The notes beneath the pieces were generated by a model. That model saw nothing but the letters and a program-made list of their open reading frames with translations, was not told where the DNA came from and made no database searches. DNA of 24,423 nucleotides, taken from contig JBDIWC010000052.1 in the NCBI GenBank assembly GCA_039794085.1, forward strand, positions 1-24,423, read 5' to 3'. A program made the position numbers and the translations under genes. Of this stretch, positions 16,647 to 24,423 are shown one piece after another. This DNA is from Gemmatimonadales bacterium. GTDB lineage: Bacteria; Gemmatimonadota; Gemmatimonadetes; Gemmatimonadales; GWC2-71-9. Numbering within the stretch: the first letter of the stretch is position 1; each line of letters starts with the position of its first letter.

Positions 16647-17055
16647 CGCGGCGCGGCGCCTCTGGGCGCGTCTGGCGGGGGACACCCACGAGCCGGTGGA
16701 GATCGCGCGGGTGGCGGGACAGCTCGGGGCGCAGCTCCGGCTGGGGCTGGGGCGCTGGATCGGGGTGGACGCGTACCAGGCACTCCTCGAGCGCGCCGCG
16801 GTCACCGCACGGACCACACATCCAGGTCTCGACGGTGTCTCCTGTCTGGGTGAGGATTCCGCGGTGACTCTCGCGGCGGTGCGAGTCCATGGGTCCGCCG
16901 CGGTGGTGGACGGCCTGGTGGCCCTGGTAGCCCTGGTGATCGAACTGCTGGGCCGGATCATCGGGCAGGAGATGGCAAGACACCTGGTGGAGCAGTGCGG
17001 GGCGCCTCCCCCGCACCCGCTCCCCCGCACGGAATCCAAGGAGAAAGCACCATGA
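16621..17055 (+). CDS. Small helical hypothetical protein coupled to the KaiC-like ATPase
   Basis: 144 aa; internal pseudo-repeat LGRWIG / LGRIIG; ATGA overlap with the ATPase gene. Confidence 0.75.
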   Translation: MTPSSGTTDAARRLWARLAGDTHEPVEIARVAGQLGAQLRLGLGRWIGVDAYQALLERAAVTARTTHPGLDGVSCLGEDSAVTLAAVRVHGSAAVVDGLVALVALVIELLGRIIGQEMARHLVEQCGAPPPHPLPRTESKEKAP

Positions 17056-18755
17056 CGCGCAAACCCAAGGCCGCTCCCGTCACACGGACCCCGGCGTCAC
17101 TGGAGCTTCTGGACACGGGAGTGCCGGGGCTCAACGACGTGCTGGGCGGCGGACTCCCCGCGCTGTCCTTCAACCTGGTCGCCGGCGGCCCCGGGTCCGG
17201 AAAGACGACACTGTCGCTGCAGATCCTCTTCGCGACCGCGACCCCCGAACGACCGGGCCTGTTCATCACCCTCCTCGGGGAAACCTCGCTGAAGCTGCTG
17301 CGGTACCAGCAACTCTTCAATTTCTTCGACCCGGCGCGGATCGGGTCGGACATCCACATTCTGAACCTCAGCGAGGATGCGCTGGAGGGTGACCTGGAAC
17401 GGCTGCTGCTTCGGATCATCGCCGAGGTGGACCGGCTCCATCCACAGGTCGTCGTCGTGGATTCGTTCCGATCTCTTCTGCGGGTTCAGGGGACCTCGGC
17501 CCCGATCCGGGAGATCGAGCGCTTCGTGCAACGGCTGGCGATGCACCTCACGACCTGGGAAGTCACGTCCTTCCTGATCGGTGAATACCCCGAAGCCGAA
17601 CTGCGCGATCCGGTGTTTACCATCGCCGACGGCATTCTCTGGATGACCCAGGAGGCGAACCGCAATTCGGTGGTGCGACAGCTCCAGGTCGTGAAGGCGC
17701 GCGGGATGGCCTCGAAGCCGGGGCTGCACACCCTGCGGATCGGCAGGGCGGGGGTACAGGTGTTCCCGCGAATCCCCGAATCGTCCCGGAGCCTGCACCC
17801 CAGGGGAAACAAGCGGCTGTCGAGCGGCATCCCGGAGCTGGATGAGATGATGGGCGGGGGAATTCCGGTGGGCGATTCCCTGGTTCTCGCCGGTCCCACC
17901 GGAGCCGGCAAGACGACCTTCGCCATGCGGTTTGTAGCGGCCGGCCTCGAAGCGGGCGAAGCGGCGGTGGTGGCGATCTTCGAGGAGCACCCTGACGCCT
18001 ATCTCCAGCGGACCAAGACCGAGGTCGACCTTTCCGAGGCGATGATTCAGGACAAGCTGCGGGTGATCTACCTGCGGCCCCTCGACCTGTCGGTCGACGA
18101 GACCTTCGACGAAATCCGGTCGGCGGTCCAGGCGATCGGCGCCACGCGGGTGGTCATCGACTCGATCTCCGGCTTCGAGATGGCCCTCGCCCCCGCCTTC
18201 CGGATGGACTTCCGGGAGTCTCTCTATCGTCTCATCGGGGCCCTCACCGAACTCGGCGTCACCGTCTTCTCCACCGTGGAGGTCGTGGCCGGCCGGGAGG
18301 GTCCCGGGCTCCAGCTCACCGGGTACCAGGTGTCCTTCCTGACGGACGACATCCTCAGCCAGCGCTACGTGGAAATCGAGGGCGTGCTCCGCAAGGCCCT
18401 GGTGGTGGTGAAGATGCGGGGGAGCAACCACAATCGTGAGTTCCGGTTCTATGAACTCACCGGGAGCGGGGTCCAGATCCACGAGCCGCTCCATGACTAC
18501 GACGGCATCATCACGGGGATGCCCACGCGCAAGCTTCGGCGCCCGCCTCCCGCGCACCCCGGCCTGACCGACCAGGAAGTGCTCGTGTTCGAAATGATGA
18601 CCCGGTCGGGGCCACTCTCACCGGAAACGATCGCCCGACAGACCGGCCTTCTCCCCGCCGAGATCATGCCCATTCTCGATCGCCTGATCCAGCTCGACCA
18701 TGTGAGCCACACCGACGCCGGCTACCTGGCCACCCCGCGATCCCGCGTCCGCTGA
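17052..18755 (+). CDS. KaiC/RAD55-like double RecA-domain ATPase with C-terminal winged-HTH-like extension
   Basis: AAGGAG RBS. TGVPGL..GGPGSGKT..VVVDS..VVKARG (CI); SGIPELD..GPTGAGKT..FEE..VVIDS..VVKMRGS (CII); tail LTDQE...PLSPETIARQTGL...ILDRLIQLDHV. Confidence 0.9.
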   Translation: MTRKPKAAPVTRTPASLELLDTGVPGLNDVLGGGLPALSFNLVAGGPGSGKTTLSLQILFATATPERPGLFITLLGETSLKLLRYQQLFNFFDPARIGSDIHILNLSEDALEGDLERLLLRIIAEVDRLHPQVVVVDSFRSLLRVQGTSAPIREIERFVQRLAMHLTTWEVTSFLIGEYPEAELRDPVFTIADGILWMTQEANRNSVVRQLQVVKARGMASKPGLHTLRIGRAGVQVFPRIPESSRSLHPRGNKRLSSGIPELDEMMGGGIPVGDSLVLAGPTGAGKTTFAMRFVAAGLEAGEAAVVAIFEEHPDAYLQRTKTEVDLSEAMIQDKLRVIYLRPLDLSVDETFDEIRSAVQAIGATRVVIDSISGFEMALAPAFRMDFRESLYRLIGALTELGVTVFSTVEVVAGREGPGLQLTGYQVSFLTDDILSQRYVEIEGVLRKALVVVKMRGSNHNREFRFYELTGSGVQIHEPLHDYDGIITGMPTRKLRRPPPAHPGLTDQEVLVFEMMTRSGPLSPETIARQTGLLPAEIMPILDRLIQLDHVSHTDAGYLATPRSRVR

Positions 18756-20401
18756 TGGCCCTCGGCACGACGAAGCCTGAGCGATGGCGTTCCCGCCGGG
18801 AGTTTGACTCACGCTACCGCCAGCTCGTGGAACTGGCCCCCGACGGGATTCTGGTCCACGACGGCGAGCGGATCGTGCTCGGCAACGCGGCGGCCGTCCG
18901 GCTCGCCGGAGCGAGCTGCCGGGAGGAACTGGTCGGCCTGCCGATCGGCACCTTTCTCGCTCCGCCCTACCTCAAGGCGGTCCAGTCCCTCATCCTGGAC
19001 GACAGGGAACCCGCCGAACTGTCACCTCCGGTCCGGGACACTTTTCGCCGACTCGACGGATCCCTGATCGACGTCGAGGTCCGGGCGGTGGCGTTCATGG
19101 ATCAGGGGTCTCCCTCCGCCCATCTCGTGATTCGCGACATCACCGAACGCCTGGCCCGGGAGCGGTCGGCGCAGGAGCGGGAGGAGAGCGTCCAGCAGGC
19201 GCAGCGCATGGAGGCGGTGGGCGTTCTCGCCGGCGGTGTGGCCCACGAAGTGAACAACATGATGGCGGTGGTGCTGGGGTTCAGCAAATTCCTGCTGGAA
19301 AACCCGCGCCTGCCACCCGCATGTCACGGAGATGTTCTGGAGATCAGGAAAGCGGCCGATCGAGCCGGCTTGTTGACCCGGCAGCTTCTCAGTTTCAGCC
19401 GCCGGGCCGTTCACCAGCCGGTGCCCATGGACCTCTCCGCGGCGGTCCATGACGCCGAGGCCAGTGTCCGCCGGGTCCTGGGAGAGGGCCGGAATCTGGT
19501 GGTGGAGGAGGATGGGTTGCTTCCCGTCCATGCCGATCCGGGGCAGTTCCTGCAGATGATCCTCAATCTTGCGGTCAATGCTCGAGACGCCATGCCCGAC
19601 GGGGGCACTCTCACTCTCACCACCGCCGTGGCCGAGCTTCCGGACAGCATCGCCGCCGGGGATGGGGCGACCATCCCGGCAGGCCGGTATGCCGCTCTCC
19701 TGGTGAGGGATACCGGCATGGGGATCGATCCGGCGGTTCAGGCGCGGATCTTTGAGCCCTTCTTCACCACCAAACCCCTGGACCAGGGAACCGGGCTCGG
19801 TCTCTCCGCGGTCCAGGGCATCGTGGGACAGCACCATGGTTACGTCACCGTGGCGAGCACGTCAGGCGTGGGCACGACATTCACCGTGTTTCTCCCCCTC
19901 CTTCCCACTCCCACACCACTCCCCCGAGAGCGGACTCGTCCGCCCTCCGATCCGACCAGGACCTGGGATGGAGTCACGGTGCTCGTGGTGGATGACGAAC
20001 CGGCCGTTCTCTCGGTGGTCGCCCGTTGTCTGGAGCAGGTGGGATTCCACGTGCTGCAGGCGCGGGATGGAGGTGATGCGCTGACCACCATCGACAGGCA
20101 CGGGCCCCCGGACCTGGTGCTCACCGACCTGATGATGCCGGGCATCGGCGGAGCCGCATTGGCACGGCGATTGAAGGAACAGTGGCCGGATCTGCCGGTC
20201 CTCTTCATGTCCGGGTTCTCGTCTGAGGAACTCCAACGGCAGGGTGCCCTCGACTCCCCGGGTATTCTGGTTCAGAAACCATTCACATTCGACGAACTGA
20301 TGGCCGCCGTCGGGACGGCCCTCCGGCACGTGGCCTCGCGATCCGGGCATGTTTCCCGGATTGAAAGCCGGGCTCGGCGCGCTCCGCGCGACAGGCCCTG
20401 A
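18755..20401 (+). CDS. Hybrid sensor histidine kinase PAS-HisKA-HATPase-REC (CckA-like)
   Basis: PAS; H-box AGGVAHEVNN; N-box NLAVNARDAM; DTGMG, FEPFFTTK, GTGLGL; receiver VLVVDDE..LTDLMMP..FMSG..KP; TGATG coupling. Confidence 0.93.
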   Translation: MALGTTKPERWRSRREFDSRYRQLVELAPDGILVHDGERIVLGNAAAVRLAGASCREELVGLPIGTFLAPPYLKAVQSLILDDREPAELSPPVRDTFRRLDGSLIDVEVRAVAFMDQGSPSAHLVIRDITERLARERSAQEREESVQQAQRMEAVGVLAGGVAHEVNNMMAVVLGFSKFLLENPRLPPACHGDVLEIRKAADRAGLLTRQLLSFSRRAVHQPVPMDLSAAVHDAEASVRRVLGEGRNLVVEEDGLLPVHADPGQFLQMILNLAVNARDAMPDGGTLTLTTAVAELPDSIAAGDGATIPAGRYAALLVRDTGMGIDPAVQARIFEPFFTTKPLDQGTGLGLSAVQGIVGQHHGYVTVASTSGVGTTFTVFLPLLPTPTPLPRERTRPPSDPTRTWDGVTVLVVDDEPAVLSVVARCLEQVGFHVLQARDGGDALTTIDRHGPPDLVLTDLMMPGIGGAALARRLKEQWPDLPVLFMSGFSSEELQRQGALDSPGILVQKPFTFDELMAAVGTALRHVASRSGHVSRIESRARRAPRDRP

Positions 20402-20471
20402 AGGGCGGCGGAAAGTTTGAAGTTTGAAGTTCGAAGTTTGAAGATGGACCCCGGCGTCCGCCGGGGTGACG
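20370..20471. repeat. Dispersed 35-bp repeat, GAAGTTY heptamers and REP-like hairpin between convergent genes
   Basis: GGGCTCGGCGCGCTCCGCGCGACAGGCCCTGAAGG (20370-20404) recurs at 23173-23207. ATGGACCCCGGCGTCCGCCGGGGTGACG (20444-20471) is an inverted near-copy of 10331-10358. Confidence 0.85.
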
Positions 20472-20492
20472 CTCCGATGGCACGGAGGGAAG

Positions 20493-22568
20493 CTACCGGA
20501 ACAGCGGCCAGTCGCGGTGCACGCCCACGGTCAGGGCTGAGCGATGGTCCAGGAGGCCCCGACCGAAATCGATTCGCAGGACGCCCAGGTCCCCCTCGCC
20601 GATCCCGACGCGAAGACCTCCCCCGCCGTCCAGGAAGAACCGGTCGTTGCCCAATCCATCCGCCGCCGAGATCACCCGGGCCCCATCGAGAAACAAGCCA
20701 ACCGCGAAGATGAACGGTCCGACGCGGTGGACGGGATGGTCCCCCGCGAGTCCCGCGTGGAGAATCCCCCGGCCCGCTCTCCGGCCGGCCAGAGCACCAT
20801 CCCGGCTCCCCGGTTCCGCCCGCAGCGGAATGGCCCACGAAATGTTGCTGCCGGTCACCGGCCAGGTCCCCAGCGGGGCCCGCGAGCTCACCCCGTCGAA
20901 CCCGAGACGGGTGGACCAGGCCGCGCGACCCAGCCCGGGCGAGGAGACCCACGTCGCACGGAGGCCACCCCGTGTGTACGAGGAGGGGCCCGAGAGCGCG
21001 GCCGCCTGCTCCCCCACCACCGTCAGTCTGAACCGGTCGCCCCACCCGCGCACCGTGGTCCCGGCCGACATCACCAGGAAGTCCCGGTTCCCGGACCAGC
21101 GCTCCACCCGGACTCCCGCCGACGGCCGCACCCCGGGGGTGATCCACCCGCCGAACTCCACCGCGGCCGATCGTCGCGAGTCCTCGACCACCCGGCCGTT
21201 CGCCGTGTCGAGCGCGAAACGGACCCGCTCCCAGGCGCCCTCCATTCCGATCACCCCCGGGAAGGGAAAGCCGACCGGAATGTCGGACCGGAAGGCGGCC
21301 CGGGGGCGGGCGGTCTCCCAGCGATAGAGAACACTCCAGAGTTCTCCGCCTCCCGTGGGACTGGCCACCTCGAGGCCCACCTCGCTCCGGGCCACGGCCC
21401 GGATCAGGCCCGCCGCCGCCAGGCGCCAGGCGGGACCCACCATCGGGCGTTCCACAACGGCGGCGCGGACCTCCACCACGCCGCCGACAACCGGCTGGTA
21501 GTACACGGACGAGGAGCGGAGCGCGGGGATCTCGGAGACCCGGCGCCGAGCCAGGGCGAGGCGCGATGGAGTGAGCACCGTGGCATGGGGCACCGACATC
21601 GCGTCCGCAATCTGGCGGAACCGGATCTCCCGGGTTCCGTCGATCCGGAGGAGATCCACGGTGGGGCTCCCGAGATGATTCCAGGCGGAGAGTGCGCCAT
21701 CCTCATCGCCGGTGAGGTACCGGCTGGTGGCGAGGATCTGCCACCCCAGCGCGTCCTCGGGAACGAGCGCCAGGTATTGGGTGACGAGTGGGATGGCGTC
21801 GGCATGGCGTCCCTGCCGGAATCGGACAGCGGCCATCTCCCTGAGGATCACCGGTTCCCGGGGGCAGGCCTGCCGGGCTTCCGCGAGCAACCGGGCGGCG
21901 GCATCCAGTTGGTCGGCGGCCACGGCGTCGAGCGCCGAGTCGATCCAGGGAGCGCATGGCATCGGATCCGGCGGCGGCGGCGGAACCGGGGCCTCGGAGG
22001 GTACGACAGGCGACGAGGTCGGGGTCGGCATGGGCCGGATCACCAGTGCCCAGCGATCGGCCACGCCCCATCGCGCCATAAAGGTGGTCTCGTCCATGGT
22101 CATGAAGGGGGCAAGGGCGGGATCATGGATCACGACCGTGCCACCGCTCCATGCGAGCACAACGACGTAGTGGTATTCGTCGCGGCCCGACTCGATGAGG
22201 GCCACCACCGGGATGCTGTCGCGGAGGGACTGTTGAATCAGGTCGGGGGTCCCGCGAAAGGCCCGGGTGTCCCATCCCCGGGCGCGGGTGGCCGAGTCGA
22301 GTTCCGTCGTAAGAATCCCGCCCCGGTCGTGCCGCACCAACGCGCTGAAATCCTCGGCGTACACACCCCGTCGCCCCCACCATCGCTCGACCATGGCGAC
22401 GGCCGCGCCACCGCAGAGCAAAACCGATTGGGGGAGATAGGGTACATCCAACACCACAGGAGAACCGGGGGGCGGCCCCGCGGGGGGAGCTTGCGCCATC
22501 CCCGCGGTGCTGCCGATTCCAGTCAGGATCCCCAGTCCCGCCATGACGAACCGCACGGTGGACCGCAC
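20493..22568 (-). CDS. Exported C39-like cysteine peptidase fused to TPR, POTRA-like and Omp85-like beta-barrel domains
   Basis: Signal-like N-terminus; VPYLPQ..LCGGAAVAM (Q47, C52), HYVVV (H133), HDP (D149); Pro linker; TPR helices; POTRA-like LRIDG..ARRRV..VVERP; barrel end GGGLRV..LRIDFGRGL..LTVGV. Exact start uncertain (22568/22556/22544). Confidence 0.8.
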   Translation of the reverse strand: MRSTVRFVMAGLGILTGIGSTAGMAQAPPAGPPPGSPVVLDVPYLPQSVLLCGGAAVAMVERWWGRRGVYAEDFSALVRHDRGGILTTELDSATRARGWDTRAFRGTPDLIQQSLRDSIPVVALIESGRDEYHYVVVLAWSGGTVVIHDPALAPFMTMDETTFMARWGVADRWALVIRPMPTPTSSPVVPSEAPVPPPPPDPMPCAPWIDSALDAVAADQLDAAARLLAEARQACPREPVILREMAAVRFRQGRHADAIPLVTQYLALVPEDALGWQILATSRYLTGDEDGALSAWNHLGSPTVDLLRIDGTREIRFRQIADAMSVPHATVLTPSRLALARRRVSEIPALRSSSVYYQPVVGGVVEVRAAVVERPMVGPAWRLAAAGLIRAVARSEVGLEVASPTGGGELWSVLYRWETARPRAAFRSDIPVGFPFPGVIGMEGAWERVRFALDTANGRVVEDSRRSAAVEFGGWITPGVRPSAGVRVERWSGNRDFLVMSAGTTVRGWGDRFRLTVVGEQAAALSGPSSYTRGGLRATWVSSPGLGRAAWSTRLGFDGVSSRAPLGTWPVTGSNISWAIPLRAEPGSRDGALAGRRAGRGILHAGLAGDHPVHRVGPFIFAVGLFLDGARVISAADGLGNDRFFLDGGGGLRVGIGEGDLGVLRIDFGRGLLDHRSALTVGVHRDWPLFR

Positions 22569-22590
22569 CGGCGCGTCAACGTGCCAGTGC

Positions 22591-22968
22591 TTACACCGCC
22601 AGCAGGATGAGCACGAGCAGAATAATGATGATCACCGTGGTGCTGATCACCACCTTCTGGTCCCCGCCGGCCAGGACCTGGTCGGTGACCCCGGCCTGCT
22701 GGGCAAGCCGATCCAGCGACGCCCCGTCCAGGGCGGCCACCCGGGCCGACAGATCGGCGGGACTCACTCCCATCTGGCCGGCCACCTGCCGGGCGCGATC
22801 ACTGGAGAGAAGAGAACGGACCGCTTCGCGATTGGCCCCCGGACGGGCCGCGACGGCGGCATCCAGGTCAGTGGTGCTGACGGCACTCCGATCCTGGGCG
22901 ACCAGTGGGGAAGCGACACCGAGAGTGGTGGCGGCAGCAAGCAGGGAAAGCGAACGATATCTGGACAT
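22591..22968 (-). CDS. PA2779-like exported protein with AGG motif and C-terminal hydrophobic tail
   Basis: GAGGAG RBS; signal peptide ending LVA-Q; GVSPADLSARVAALD..L..LA; LAGGD followed by VIIIILLVLILLAV. Confidence 0.82.
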   Translation of the reverse strand: MSRYRSLSLLAAATTLGVASPLVAQDRSAVSTTDLDAAVAARPGANREAVRSLLSSDRARQVAGQMGVSPADLSARVAALDGASLDRLAQQAGVTDQVLAGGDQKVVISTTVIIIILLVLILLAV

Positions 22969-23022
22969 GCGAACTCCTCGGGAAACGGCGGGCATGAAGA
23001 CCCGCTCAGTGTCGGACCCTGA

Positions 23023-23092
23023 ACACTACCGGGGAAGCATGGGCATACCAATCGATCATTCGGGCGGGTCGGGACTACGTCGGAAGGATGAG
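23023..23092 (-). promoter_or_regulatory. Putative activator-dependent promoter P3 of the PA2779-like/C39 operon
   Basis: Minus strand GATCGA-TTGGTA-N17-TAGTGT; upstream CTCATCCTTCCGA resembles TTCATCCGTTCGA of P1. Confidence 0.5.
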
Positions 23093-23115
23093 TCCTGGCG
23101 GGGGACCTCACGGAC

Positions 23116-23173
23116 CACGCGAGCAGTCGCTCACGGGATCGCCACGGACCCCTGCGGGGTCCTCGCGATGACG
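23116..23173. repeat. 58-bp direct repeat, copy 1 (REP-like, GATCGCCACG...CCTCGCGATGAC)
   Basis: Matches 24090-24147 with 2 mismatches; internal hairpin GGACCCC-TGC-GGGGTCC. Confidence 0.9.
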
Positions 23174-23289
23174 GGCTCGGCGCGCTCCGCGCGACAGGCC
23201 CTGAAGGCCGGCAGAAAGTTCGAACTTCAAACTTCCCTTCGCGTCATCGCGTCTTCGCGTGACCCTTCGAGACTGGAAGCCCGGGCGGG

Positions 23290-23973
23290 TCAGCGCGGTG
23301 GGTTCGGCCGACTGGCGTGAAGAATCGCAGCGTTCCAACCACCCGGACCACCGGCCACCCGCTCCCCCAGCTCGAGGATCAGGTCCTCCTCGGTGGTCAT
23401 GCGAAGGCCCTTGACCGCTTCCTGAAACCGATGGGCGCCGACAGGTCCCTCAACCCCCACGAGGAGGAGGGTGATAGTGCGCCCCTCCAGTCGCGGCTCA
23501 CGGGCAGGGTTGGAGGTCAGGCTTCCCGGAACACCCAGGGAGTAGCTGCAGAGGACCCGGCCACTGGCGGTCGAGGCATCGGGGTCTCCACCGACTCGGG
23601 TACAGAAGCGGTTGACACCCCCAACCTGGAATCCGGTGGACCCGCCACCACCGCTGTGGACAGTATTCTGGGAACCCGCACCGGCCTCATTCGGTGACCT
23701 TCCCCAAGCCACTTTCCACAAACCCTGGGATCGCCTCGTGGGGAGAGAATCGTCCGTGAGGCCGAGAAACCGAACTCCCGTCGGAGCCATGACGTAGACA
23801 CCCACTGTCATCGGAAGCTCCGACTCGATGACTATCCGACCCCGGTCGAAATCCGCAGAAACGACGCGAAACGAGGGTGGGTCGGCCTCGGGAGACGGAG
23901 GAGGAACCGGCTGGACCGACACTCCCGGGCCGCATGCACCCAGCATCGACACCAGGACGATACTCGCTCTCAT
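23290..23973 (-). CDS. Orphan lipoprotein
   Basis: GGAGG RBS before ATG 23973; lipobox MLGAC; 227 aa; no family recognised. Confidence 0.7.
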   Translation of the reverse strand: MRASIVLVSMLGACGPGVSVQPVPPPSPEADPPSFRVVSADFDRGRIVIESELPMTVGVYVMAPTGVRFLGLTDDSLPTRRSQGLWKVAWGRSPNEAGAGSQNTVHSGGGGSTGFQVGGVNRFCTRVGGDPDASTASGRVLCSYSLGVPGSLTSNPAREPRLEGRTITLLLVGVEGPVGAHRFQEAVKGLRMTTEEDLILELGERVAGGPGGWNAAILHASRPNPPR

Positions 23974-24089
23974 GGGGCACCTCCGGGTTGGTCCTTCTGC
24001 GAGTCGGAACGCTCCCGACTCACCACTGAGAGTGCCTGCTTGCAGGTGCCAAGTCAAGTCCGAGACTCGGACGGCTAGCCATCCCGGAT

Positions 24090-24147
24090 CACGCGAGCAG
24101 TCGCTCACAAGATCGCCACGGACCCCTGCGGGGTCCTCGCGATGACG
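24090..24147. repeat. 58-bp direct repeat, copy 2
   Basis: Matches 23116-23173. Confidence 0.9.
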
Positions 24148-24171
24148 AGGCTACAGGAACTGCTGGACAGC

Positions 24172-24234
24172 CAACAGAATGGATAAACAGGACATACGGG
24201 ACCTAGCATCCCGTGCATCCTGTCCATCCATGTC
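24172..24234. repeat. Degenerate inverted 9-mer repeat pair (ACAGGA.. / ..CATCCTGT)
   Basis: ACAGAATGGATAAACAGGACATACGGGA is imperfectly complementary to CATCCCGTGCATCCTGTCCATCCATGT. Confidence 0.55.
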
Positions 24235-24290
24235 CCAGACAATTCTCGCATGCCGGACTCCGACCCCACGCGCGACGCCCCCCGTACACC

Positions 24291-24423
24291 CTACTCCCCA
24301 AGCCGGCCGAGCCGGAACCACAGAGGCGCGTCGGGGTCGCGTGGGTTCCCCGGGGCCTTCGCCCAGGGGAACGCCAACCGCTTGGCCACGGAGCAAGTTG
24401 ACTCGGGTTCACCAGACGGGTCC
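24291..24423. repeat. Dispersed MITE/REP-like element, truncated by the window end
   Basis: Reverse complement of 32-164; first ~80 bp also closely similar to 5236-5320. Confidence 0.9.

Noticed and set aside
17052..18755. True circadian kaiC
   Set aside because: No kaiA/kaiB in the window, ST phosphosite pair replaced by SF and CI EE replaced by GE; gene symbol withheld.
1720..22610. Long antisense ORFs (1720..2979, 8840..10213, 17097..18557, 20544..22610 and similar)
   Set aside because: Shadow frames of genuine genes, expected in high-GC DNA; no motifs.
1..24423. tRNA, rRNA, autonomous IS or prophage genes
   Set aside because: None recognisable; no transposase or integrase motifs in any listed ORF.

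Overview
GC-rich bacterial window, tentatively Gemmatimonadota-like (inferred from gene style only), with about 21 plausible genes separated by repeat-rich intergenic DNA. The left part holds an exported protein, a PhyH-type dioxygenase, moeB (with rhodanese), and an OYE alkene reductase with its MarR regulator. Next come a 1.6-kb non-coding array of five head-to-tail modules (three are 323-bp near-identical units) and an RHH plus nucleotidyltransferase toxin-antitoxin-like pair. The middle has a GHMP kinase coupled to a family-5 solute-binding lipoprotein, an SGNH-like lipoprotein and two peptide ABC permeases. The right part has a signalling cluster (NarL/LuxR regulator, small membrane protein, PAS-GGDEF, hypothetical, double-RecA KaiC-like ATPase with C-terminal HTH, hybrid PAS histidine kinase). 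Converging on it is a pair encoding a PA2779-like double-glycine exported protein and a C39 peptidase-TPR-POTRA-Omp85-like barrel fusion, followed by an orphan lipoprotein between 58-bp direct repeats. The two window ends are inverted copies of one repeat. Best candidates for undescribed biology: the C39/Omp85 plus GG-substrate pair, the CTAA-joined module array embedded in heptamer tracts, and the KaiC-HTH signalling operon, which shares a promoter motif with the C39 pair. All family calls are from motif recognition by eye; no database search was run.
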